From Candidatus Dadabacteria bacterium (lineage in GTDB: Bacteria > Desulfobacterota_D > UBA1144 > Nemesobacterales > CSP1-2), in NCBI GenBank assembly GCA_963805855.1, contig CAWDVW010000002.1:576001-640000 (forward strand): a DNA stretch of 64,000 bases, read 5' to 3'. This document shows, one piece after another, positions 56,142-64,000 of this stretch (position 1 is its first letter; each line of letters starts with the position of its first letter). The position numbers and the translations under genes are program-made. Under the pieces are notes generated by a model. It worked only from the letters and a program-made list of their open reading frames with translations. It had not been told where the DNA came from and did no database searches.

Positions 56142-56744
56142 TTAATGAAGATCTTGCTGCATGACTCGTCCTCTCAATACTCCTAGGGGATTTTCAAATG
56201 GAAGATTAGAAAAAGTCGCAGATTTTCCACGAATAACGGACACATCCCTATTTGAAAAATCGATAATTCTAGCAAATGACGGATCTTGTGGTAAATGACG
56301 CACTCGCAAGGATAAGAGTTGCGATTTATTTTCCAGCTCTTTTAATAAGTCTTCTATTTTTTTTACTTGTTCGATAAGAGGTTTAATTGATGATTCTATC
56401 CTATTTCGATTATCTAATTCTCTTTCTATACCCTCCTGAATCCAATTCCTCATAAGAGTTAAATATCCGATACCTTTTTTAATAGCAATTTCCTTTGCTT
56501 TCTGTACCTGCCTTGGATTTAAACGTAAACTTATTAGCTGCTTTTTCTTATGCTCCTCCACTTTCTTTCGTAAATCCCCCGTAATTTCTACTTTAACATC
56601 TTCTAACAAGCCCTTAACTATCAGTTCAGCTGCACTGTGACTATCCCAAAATTCGGCCTCCTCGTCTTCTGTTTTAAACTTGGGTATCTGGTCAAGGGAT
56701 TTTAAATTTTTTATCTTTTTCTTTTTACTTGACTTTCGTTTCAT
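56142..56744 (-). CDS. BrnA/CopG-type antitoxin with ~90-aa C-terminal extension
   Basis: IPKFKTEDEEAEFWDSHS, ISLRL...KEIAIKKGIGYLTLMRNWIQE (ribbon-helix-helix). Confidence 0.85.
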   Translation of the reverse strand: MKRKSSKKKKIKNLKSLDQIPKFKTEDEEAEFWDSHSAAELIVKGLLEDVKVEITGDLRKKVEEHKKKQLISLRLNPRQVQKAKEIAIKKGIGYLTLMRNWIQEGIERELDNRNRIESSIKPLIEQVKKIEDLLKELENKSQLLSLRVRHLPQDPSFARIIDFSNRDVSVIRGKSATFSNLPFENPLGVLRGRVMQQDLH

Positions 56745-57019
56745 TTCTTTAACCCCCTCTTTTTTCTAAAAAGCCTTTTTTCTGATGTATTCATTTCCCT
56801 TGCCGTAATGATTCGTGCCGTTCCGTTTTTAAAAGCAAAAAAAACAGCAAGGTACTTCCCCGAATAACTACTCCCTAAAGCAAGGTATCTATCTTTCTTA
56901 ACTTTGCGATCAAAGTGGTAGTTTTCAAAGACAGATTGAACCTCTTCTCTGTCGACATTATGTTTCCTTATAATTTTTGCGTTAACTTCGCGAGTACAAA
57001 CAATGTCTTTTATCTTCAA
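56741..57019 (-). CDS. BrnT family ribonuclease toxin
   Basis: KIIRKHNVDREEVQSVF, RYLALG, ARIITAREM; 4-nt overlap with antitoxin. Confidence 0.88.
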   Translation of the reverse strand: MKIKDIVCTREVNAKIIRKHNVDREEVQSVFENYHFDRKVKKDRYLALGSSYSGKYLAVFFAFKNGTARIITAREMNTSEKRLFRKKRGLKK

Positions 57020-57081
57020 TGAGAGATTTTACCCCACGACTCACCCACTACCTACATGATAAAAGAGTTCACTAATTCTGA

Positions 57082-57140
57082 ATGTAATACATCGTATATA
57101 CATTTTGTGTATATTATAAGTGTAAATCTGAGTTTATCAA
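57082..57140 (-). promoter_or_regulatory. Sigma70 promoter and operator palindromes of the TA operon
   Basis: Minus strand TTGATA-16 nt-TATAAT (57140-57113); palindromes ATATACA-N5-TGTATAT (57096-57114) and ATGTAATACAT (57082-57092). Confidence 0.7.
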
Positions 57141-57711
57141 GTAGATAAGATATTTCGATAGCTAGCAACTAACAAATTGGCCAACAGTTTACTTACGCTT
57201 GATGGCAACCATAAACAAACAGTGATTTCAGTCATGCTACGAGCCCCGAGTACTTTGACCATTCGATACTACTCAGAACTCAGGATAAACTCCGTCGAAG
57301 GGGACAAAGCGCTTTAAAACGGGAAAAGAAGGAGATCGCTTCAATTTGTTCCACATATTTCGCAATGACTTGAATGAATCTCATTATTTCATTGGCATTC
57401 CAAAAATTGCGTTAAGAAAATCAGGAGCGGAGGCGTAAAGAAAAATTTGTGGGTTGCGGTCGGATTAAATTTTTCAGTCGAAGAGAGTGATTTTTAGCAA
57501 ATTTTTGGACAGCCTTGATTTTTGCTTCTTTGTATCAAGACAAAGAAGTTAAAAAAAGTCATACATATGAAGAAAATACGTTTGAAGAGGATCACCATGA
57601 AATACTTCGCTATTACAACCAATGACCGCTAGAGTACAAGACTGGCTGGTACCGGCAATGACAATCCAAGACCTGTGGCGAGCCACGGGGAATTCCCTGA
57701 AAGCGGCATTA

Positions 57712-57748
57712 AAAAACTCCCGCCGGCCGGAAGCAGGCGGGGTTCTTA
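57712..57748 (-). terminator. Probable intrinsic terminator of dsbA-like gene
   Basis: AAAAAACTCCCGCC...GGCGGGGTT hairpin, T-run on minus strand. Confidence 0.5.
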
Positions 57749-57773
57749 ATTTCGCAAAATTATCAAAGGCTAA

Positions 57774-58838
57774 CTACTTATTTTCAGAAAGGGCTACATC
57801 TATTGCCGATTTCAACCCCTGCGGGTTAGCGCCAGGAACGATCATTCCATTAACCACGAAGGTCGGAGTTGAACTTACACCTATAGAGCGCGCTTCTTCT
57901 GTTTCATTCTGAACTCTTTGGGCAGCCTCTGGGGAACCTATACATTTATCAAACTCATCGGTATTCAATCCTATTTGTTTCGCAAAACCATTAATCTCTT
58001 CTTTTGCATTCTCTGCAGTCAAATTTGCCTGATTTTGAAACAATAAGTCATGAAGCTCCCAAAACTTATCATTTCCCTGTTCGCTAGCGCACACCGATGC
58101 TATGGCCGCGTCCCTCGCCCAATTATGGATGGGAAGAGGCAACTGTTTATAAGCGATTTTAACTTTGCCATCATATTCTTTTAAAATCTGGGGAATAATA
58201 TCCGCTCCTCTCTTACAGAAGGGGCATTGAAAATCAGAATACTCAACAACTGTTACTTTTGCATCTTCTGCACCTTTTACAGGGACATCTTCAAGTGAAA
58301 TTTTACTCATCGTCTCTTTAAGCGGATCAACAGTTGTGTCAATGAATTCCGCCAAGATGATATATTGGCCATCTGTGCTTATGGTTACTGGGATTGGTTG
58401 ATTTCCAAGTGGTACACTTCCGGTCTTGATACCTTCAATCGGCGTATCTTCAAAAGTTTCAAGTGACGCAACATCTCCCATAATCAAATATCTTCCGTCA
58501 CTGCTAATAAGAAATGTTACTTCTCCAGATCCCCTTGCTGACTCGATAACGAATTGACCCTTTCGCAAACCCTCAACTGGGCTCTGCTCGAATCCTTTAA
58601 CCTGTATATTTGCGTCCGCTGGCATACGAGCACCCAACCTCTTTTTTATAAATGACTGCAATCTCTTCTGTTCTTCGGGAGTTACGTTGCCCGCAGGCTC
58701 TTTCTTGGCCTCTGAAGTCGTTTCCTTTGTTTGGGGCTGTTCTTCCTTTTTTTCACCTTGATTTGTACAGGCTGTAAATGTTAAAAGGACTACTACAAAG
58801 AAATACAAAAATAGACCTTTTAATATGATCTTACTCAT
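57774..58838 (-). CDS. DsbA/BdbD-like thiol-disulfide oxidoreductase lipoprotein
   Basis: AGGAG RBS, FTAC lipobox, EYSDFQCPFC, GVSSTPTF. Confidence 0.9.
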   Translation of the reverse strand: MSKIILKGLFLYFFVVVLLTFTACTNQGEKKEEQPQTKETTSEAKKEPAGNVTPEEQKRLQSFIKKRLGARMPADANIQVKGFEQSPVEGLRKGQFVIESARGSGEVTFLISSDGRYLIMGDVASLETFEDTPIEGIKTGSVPLGNQPIPVTISTDGQYIILAEFIDTTVDPLKETMSKISLEDVPVKGAEDAKVTVVEYSDFQCPFCKRGADIIPQILKEYDGKVKIAYKQLPLPIHNWARDAAIASVCASEQGNDKFWELHDLLFQNQANLTAENAKEEINGFAKQIGLNTDEFDKCIGSPEAAQRVQNETEEARSIGVSSTPTFVVNGMIVPGANPQGLKSAIDVALSENK

Positions 58839-59303
58839 TTGCTTTCTCCTCACGGCAATTGATTTGGTCATTCGACCCATATACGCGATAAACCTATATT
58901 ATAAACTAATATTTGCCTATGTCACAAAATATAGAACGCAGCATCGGAAAATAGACTTATAATCGGATACTTCTACCAGATTACATTCGGCATAGCAAGT
59001 TGGTCAAAATCACCGAAGAACCAAATAGAAATAGGTCGGGAATGCTTTAAAAAGTTTTATACCTTAATTCAAGACCTATCCAGATCTGGTTCTTGACATG
59101 TCAGGTGTTTAGGCTATATTCGATAGTGTACTATCTTTCCCCTAAAAGGTTTTAAACTATTGTTATAAGGTTGGTTGGTTTAGATCTCGTTAGAAAGATC
59201 ATAAATTATGGTAGGAAATTGGGGAATATATTAACTATCTTCCGTCATTGAATACTCCTATTTGACTAGATAGTGATTGTTTCTTAATTAATCGGAGTGG
59301 TTA

Positions 59304-61457
59304 ATGGGAACTGACATCTTAAATAATCTTAACCCATCCCAAATCGAAGCTGTAAAGCACACCGGCGGACCACTACTCATCTTTGCGGGAGCCGGCTCAG
59401 GCAAGACTAGAATAATTACACATAGAATTGCCTTTCTGATCAAAGAAATGAACGTTCCACCGTCAAATATTTTGGCTGTAACATTCACAAATAAGGCCGC
59501 TAATGAAATGATAGAAAGGGTGAACCGCCTCATCACCAAGGACGCCAGAGAACTGTGGATAGGAACATTTCACTCTATCTGCTTAAGGATTTTGAAAAGG
59601 GAAATAGATAAATTGGATGGTTATAGAAAGGATTTTATAATCTACGACGAAGTGGATCAAATAAAACTGATAAAAGAGTGTATGAATATTTTGGGTTTGA
59701 GTGATAAGACACTTTCCCCGAAGAACGTACGGTCTCATATTGATTCAGTCAAAAGTAGAGGCCTAAATGACGCTGATTTCGGTTCAACAATATACGACCA
59801 AAAGATTTCTCGCATTTACGACATGTACGAAAAAGAGCTAAGGCGTTCAAATGCGCTAGACTTCGCTGATCTGCTCGATGTAGCGGTTACTCTCTTTGAG
59901 AAAAGGATAGATGTCCTTGAGAGATATCAGTCCCAATTCAAACAGATACTGGTAGACGAATATCAAGATACCAACCGCTTACAGTACAACTTAGTCAAGC
60001 TGCTGTCTGTAAAACATAGAAACATATCAGTTGTTGGAGACGACAACCAGTCAATCTATGGATGGCGAGGTGCAGACATAACAAACATCCTTAATTTTGA
60101 AAAGGACTTCCCGGATGCAAGGGTTTTGAAACTTGAGCTAAACTACAGGTCAACAAAAAATATTCTCCACGCTGCAAACGCAGTCATTAAGAAAAACAGA
60201 TTTAGAAGCGACAAGAGATTATGGACGGAAAACGCTGAAGGAGATCCGATTATCTACTATGAGGCTCGTGATGAAAAGGACGAGGCAAAGCATGTTGCTT
60301 CTCAAATTCAAACTGAGATAGGCAAGAACGGCCGCTCCTACAAGGATTTTGCAGTTTTCTACAGGACAAATCATCAGTCGCGTCAAATTGAAGATGAACT
60401 ACTGCACTTCGGAATACCTCACACCATAGTAGGAGGTGTGGGATTTTACGAAAGGGCAGAAATAAAGGACATACTCGCATATTTGAGGATTATAGCCAAT
60501 CCATCTGATGATATAAGTTTAAAACGCATAATCAATGTTCCAACCCGAGGAATAGGAAAGGGAACGCTCCAATTAATAAATAACCATGCGAATGAAAACC
60601 ATGTATCTTTACTCGAATCAGTAAGACTGGCCGTAAAAGATAAATTTCCTCCCGTAAAAACCATTAAAACGCTCGATAACTTCTGGAACCTAATTTCCGA
60701 CCTTATAGAACTTTCTAAAAAGTCAACAATAAGTGGTCTTCTCAAGACATTACTTCAAAAAACAAAATATTTAGAAGCATTAAACAATGATGAAGAAAGA
60801 AAGGATAATGTGGTGGAACTGTTAAACCTCGTTTACGAATTTGAAAATGAGAAAAAAGACAGTTCTCTTAACGATTTTCTCGACTGGATTTCACTTTCGA
60901 GTGACGTGGACAGATTCAATGAAAAAGCTAATCAGGTTGCTCTTTTGACGCTTCATTGTGCCAAGGGTCTAGAGTTTCCGATAGTCTTTATTATTGGAAT
61001 GGAAGAGAAGCTTTTTCCACACATTCGTTCAATTGGAAATGGCAAACTGATTGAGGAGGAGAGAAGGCTCTGCTATGTGGGGATTACAAGGGCAAAAGAA
61101 AAGTTATATTTAACTAGCACATCTAAGCGAAGAATATTCGGAACCGAGCATAGATCAATACCGTCCAGATTTATTACGGAGATCCCCAGAAACCTATTAC
61201 GCTGGGATAGCTTCAATCATGGGACAGGAAATACCTCTTCGCTTGAAATTAAAGGGGATGACGGCTCGAAAGGAAATGGCTACGAGCGAGCTGAAAACGG
61301 ATTCGCAGTAGGAGAAAAAGTACTACACCATTCCTTTGGCAATGGTGTAGTAGCAAGAATTGAAGGAAAGGGAAAGGATAGCAAGGTTGTAATACAATTT
61401 CCGATTTATGGAAAGAAGAAAATTCTTGCAAGCTTCCAGGGTCTCAAGAAGCTGTAA
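59304..61457 (+). CDS. pcrA: ATP-dependent DNA helicase PcrA/UvrD
   Basis: AGAGSGKT, VDEYQDTN, VGDDNQSIY, AKGLEF, EEERRLCYVGITRA. Confidence 0.95.
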   Translation: MGTDILNNLNPSQIEAVKHTGGPLLIFAGAGSGKTRIITHRIAFLIKEMNVPPSNILAVTFTNKAANEMIERVNRLITKDARELWIGTFHSICLRILKREIDKLDGYRKDFIIYDEVDQIKLIKECMNILGLSDKTLSPKNVRSHIDSVKSRGLNDADFGSTIYDQKISRIYDMYEKELRRSNALDFADLLDVAVTLFEKRIDVLERYQSQFKQILVDEYQDTNRLQYNLVKLLSVKHRNISVVGDDNQSIYGWRGADITNILNFEKDFPDARVLKLELNYRSTKNILHAANAVIKKNRFRSDKRLWTENAEGDPIIYYEARDEKDEAKHVASQIQTEIGKNGRSYKDFAVFYRTNHQSRQIEDELLHFGIPHTIVGGVGFYERAEIKDILAYLRIIANPSDDISLKRIINVPTRGIGKGTLQLINNHANENHVSLLESVRLAVKDKFPPVKTIKTLDNFWNLISDLIELSKKSTISGLLKTLLQKTKYLEALNNDEERKDNVVELLNLVYEFENEKKDSSLNDFLDWISLSSDVDRFNEKANQVALLTLHCAKGLEFPIVFIIGMEEKLFPHIRSIGNGKLIEEERRLCYVGITRAKEKLYLTSTSKRRIFGTEHRSIPSRFITEIPRNLLRWDSFNHGTGNTSSLEIKGDDGSKGNGYERAENGFAVGEKVLHHSFGNGVVARIEGKGKDSKVVIQFPIYGKKKILASFQGLKKL

Positions 61458-61627
61458 CGATTAGAGCTGGACAAATTATCGATGCAATCTTTCGATTGTG
61501 ACCTGCTGGTGCTTAGTATTGCTCGCGCATGCTATCCGAAGCTGACCGACGCGCAATAGATGCTAGAACACTCCTAACATTAGGAGAATTTTGAAAGTTA
61601 GCTAACAACATGCCCAACCCGGATAGA

Positions 61628-62347
61628 TCAAAATTCTATTTCTCGTATACCTTCGGGATCAAACTCCCTCAACAATTTCAGTTCATCCTCTGTCGGCGGG
61701 GATATAAAAGGGGCTGGCGACACGGGAAAACCCGTATTTTCTGCAATCTCTTGATAGCTTGAATATGGACAGACTCCATCTAACACGAGAATACCATCTT
61801 CCTTTTTGAATGCGGCAATTGGGCTTACGACGCATTTGACATTTCCAGTTGCAGTATTAACAGAACATCTATCCACGAATGACCTTTTGTCATGCCTAGT
61901 TCTCCAAAAAATGATACGTCTAGTATTTGCGGAAAGAAGCGCACTTCCGGCACCACCCGTAAGCTGCACTTTAAGCCTTTCGCCATCTGAAATGTGGCTC
62001 AGATTAAAATTCCCATATTTATCTATCTGTACACCCGAAAGGAATGCAACATCTAATTCCCCACGCGCCGACATGTCAAATACTTCAGACAAAGTCATAG
62101 ACGCTCTTGCCTCCTTAGAAAGTTGAAAATCGACAGTCGAACGCGGGGGTGAAGAGGGATTTGGATTAACTCTACCGGGAATATTTAGCCATGTCAGATT
62201 GGGATTATAAACCTTTTTAGCAAGCCATATCGCGAAGAAAGGTAGATTCGATGCGACGCCCATAAAAGCATTATCCGCATCCTTTAGGAGACGGGCCATC
62301 ATTACGATCATCATTTCCGCTCTTGAGTATTCACTCAGCTCATTCAT
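61628..62347 (-). CDS. CoA-transferase beta subunit (glutaconate CoA-transferase-like)
   Basis: AFLSGVQIDKYGNFN, GGAGS, ENTGF, DPEG. Confidence 0.85.
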   Translation of the reverse strand: MNELSEYSRAEMMIVMMARLLKDADNAFMGVASNLPFFAIWLAKKVYNPNLTWLNIPGRVNPNPSSPPRSTVDFQLSKEARASMTLSEVFDMSARGELDVAFLSGVQIDKYGNFNLSHISDGERLKVQLTGGAGSALLSANTRRIIFWRTRHDKRSFVDRCSVNTATGNVKCVVSPIAAFKKEDGILVLDGVCPYSSYQEIAENTGFPVSPAPFISPPTEDELKLLREFDPEGIREIEF

Positions 62348-62406
62348 TAAGTATCCACCAATTTATATAAAAGAAGCTTTTTAATTGAAGTGTCATGACG
62401 CCATTC

Positions 62407-63195
62407 TTAAGGTCTGAACTGTTCCAGGTACTGATTCAGGGCATCTCGGTCCTTAATTGACAAGTATCTTCTAACATGCTCTGGGGAATAGTCATAATAG
62501 GGGTAGCACGACCCCGGCAGCGAACCATTTGATACCTCGACGACTGCCGCTACTTTAAAACCCGGGATACGAGCAAGATCTCCTTCCTTTTCAATTTCAG
62601 CTGCGGAAACTATTCTCTCTGCCGTGAGAATTATCTTTTTCGCTGCCCGTGACATTATTACATCCTCAAAAACGGGTCCATATATTATGGCATTTCCATC
62701 TTCGTCCGCTTTCTGTGCATGAAGCACCGCCCAATCGGGAAAAACAGCAGGTACCGTCAATACTTCTTCATTTCCATACGGGTTGTTTACCGTCTTAAAC
62801 TTTTTAACCAGATAGCTTTCACCGAGATTGGCAATAGGCATAAAAGGAACGCCGAAAGCAGCTGCCCTGAGACTCGAGATCACAGTGTAACAAGAATTCT
62901 CGTTAAAGCTAACCCGTCCCTCCTCGACAGAACGACGGAAGTTTGGCGCAAGTCCAAATTCCGCCTCAAAGCTTACGAAACCCGCAGCTACCTCTTCTAC
63001 GCAATCAGCAAAACAGAGAAGATCAAAATCATAATTTGCAGCGGTTTTCATGACTCTTAAATCCTTCTTCCCCTGACGAGCAAGCTCTCTTGCAAACGCA
63101 GAGGGAAGACGCTGGAGAAGCAACCCCCCCATTGCCAGCCTGTCTCCGTCTGAGACAAGAGAGACAGCTTCTTCAATAGCCATTACTTTGCTCAA
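62407..63195 (-). CDS. CoA-transferase alpha subunit (glutaconate CoA-transferase-like)
   Basis: LRAAAFGVPFMP, HAQKADEDGNA, PGSCYPYY. Confidence 0.88.
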   Translation of the reverse strand: MSKVMAIEEAVSLVSDGDRLAMGGLLLQRLPSAFARELARQGKKDLRVMKTAANYDFDLLCFADCVEEVAAGFVSFEAEFGLAPNFRRSVEEGRVSFNENSCYTVISSLRAAAFGVPFMPIANLGESYLVKKFKTVNNPYGNEEVLTVPAVFPDWAVLHAQKADEDGNAIIYGPVFEDVIMSRAAKKIILTAERIVSAAEIEKEGDLARIPGFKVAAVVEVSNGSLPGSCYPYYDYSPEHVRRYLSIKDRDALNQYLEQFRP

Positions 63196-63337
63196 TATTT
63201 AACACCACCTTTTCCACTTTTACCTATTAGCTTATCACAGACAAGACCTATGCCAAGTCATAAAGGTAAAGAAACCGCTAAAAAAACATTAATTAATCCT
63301 AATTGGAAATGAATATCAATCATGGTTTATTTTTAAT

Positions 63338-64000
63338 ATGCTTGTAAAGCCAGGGCTGAGATCCCTATCAATCGGCAAAGCAAGATGGCTATTGGGATTG
63401 GGTGGCGTTCTACTGATAGTTATAACAATTATCATAACCCTGATCTCGCCTCATTTTGGCTTAGATACGCCCCTTATAAAGCAACCTGTGATTTTGCTGG
63501 TGTCACTGATGGTTTTCTCTGGAATAGTCTATCTTGTTAGCTCTCGCTTTTCTGTCAATTTAATCCCTACAAAATGGGGCCTTAGTTTTATTATTACCGT
63601 AGGATTAGCACTTCGGATCATAACGATATTTTCAACGCCAATACTTGAGGATGACTATTTCAGGTACCTATGGGACGGAGCAGTATCTTCAAACATGTGC
63701 AGTCCTTATGAGTATTCACCTGAGGAAATACTCAATGGTAACAGTGAAAAAGCTATCCCATTTGCTCTTAAAAATCTTGCCAAGCAATCGGGAGAGATCA
63801 TCCATCGAATCAACCATCCGCAACTTAAAACGATATACCCCCCAATTGCGCAATCGGCCTTTGTAATAGCTCATTGGCTACAACCCTGGAGCATACTCTC
63901 ATGGAGGATGGTTCTCCTGTTCTTTGATATCATTGCATTAGTTCTTATCCTTAGAATTCTCCGAGCCCTACATCTTCCGAATTTGACTGTATTGGTATAC
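63338..64000 (+). CDS. GT-C glycosyltransferase (GT87/DUF2029-like), 5' part (runs off window)
   Basis: Manual translation: hydrophobic helices, TPILEDDYFRYLWDG, INHPQLKTIYPPIAQ. Confidence 0.8.
   Translation, partial: MLVKPGLRSLSIGKARWLLGLGGVLLIVITIIITLISPHFGLDTPLIKQPVILLVSLMVFSGIVYLVSSRFSVNLIPTKWGLSFIITVGLALRIITIFSTPILEDDYFRYLWDGAVSSNMCSPYEYSPEEILNGNSEKAIPFALKNLAKQSGEIIHRINHPQLKTIYPPIAQSAFVIAHWLQPWSILSWRMVLLFFDIIALVLILRILRALHLPNLTVLVY

Noticed and set aside
55290-57350. Integrative element at tRNA-Gln
   Set aside because: No integrase and no duplicated tRNA 3' end found by eye
63241-63256. Sigma54-like TGGCATAGGTCTTGT upstream of the CoA-transferase
   Set aside because: The -12 element is GT rather than GC and no activator is nearby; too weak to call

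Overview
64-kb bacterial chromosomal window. Gene content and C-terminal sorting motifs suggest Desulfobacterota-like, possibly Ca. Dadabacteria (inference). Housekeeping blocks are tldD-like, uppP, uvrA, rluB-like, glk, tilS, ihfA, pheT, lemA, tsaC, glcDEF, ispE, tRNA-Gln, dsbA-like, pcrA and a CoA-transferase pair, separated by many palindromic REP/MITE-like repeats. There are two accessory regions. (1) About 12.9-31.5 kb is a string of Cys-rich exported or surface proteins: a pentapeptide+G8/TMEM2-like giant, a Tat GMC oxidoreductase, an HExxH+TSP3 protein, a TSP3/Cys-rich protein and lipoproteins. It also holds a PAS-REC-LuxR regulator, two pairs of duplicated upstream elements, three miniature RAYT (Y1 transposase) remnants and many single-base frameshifts. 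(2) An AT-rich three-gene operon next to tRNA-Gln encodes a BrnT toxin, a BrnA/CopG antitoxin with a long C-terminal extension, and an unknown 230-aa protein. This is my top candidate for an undescribed tripartite toxin-antitoxin or defence module. All family calls are from motif recognition by eye; no searches were run.
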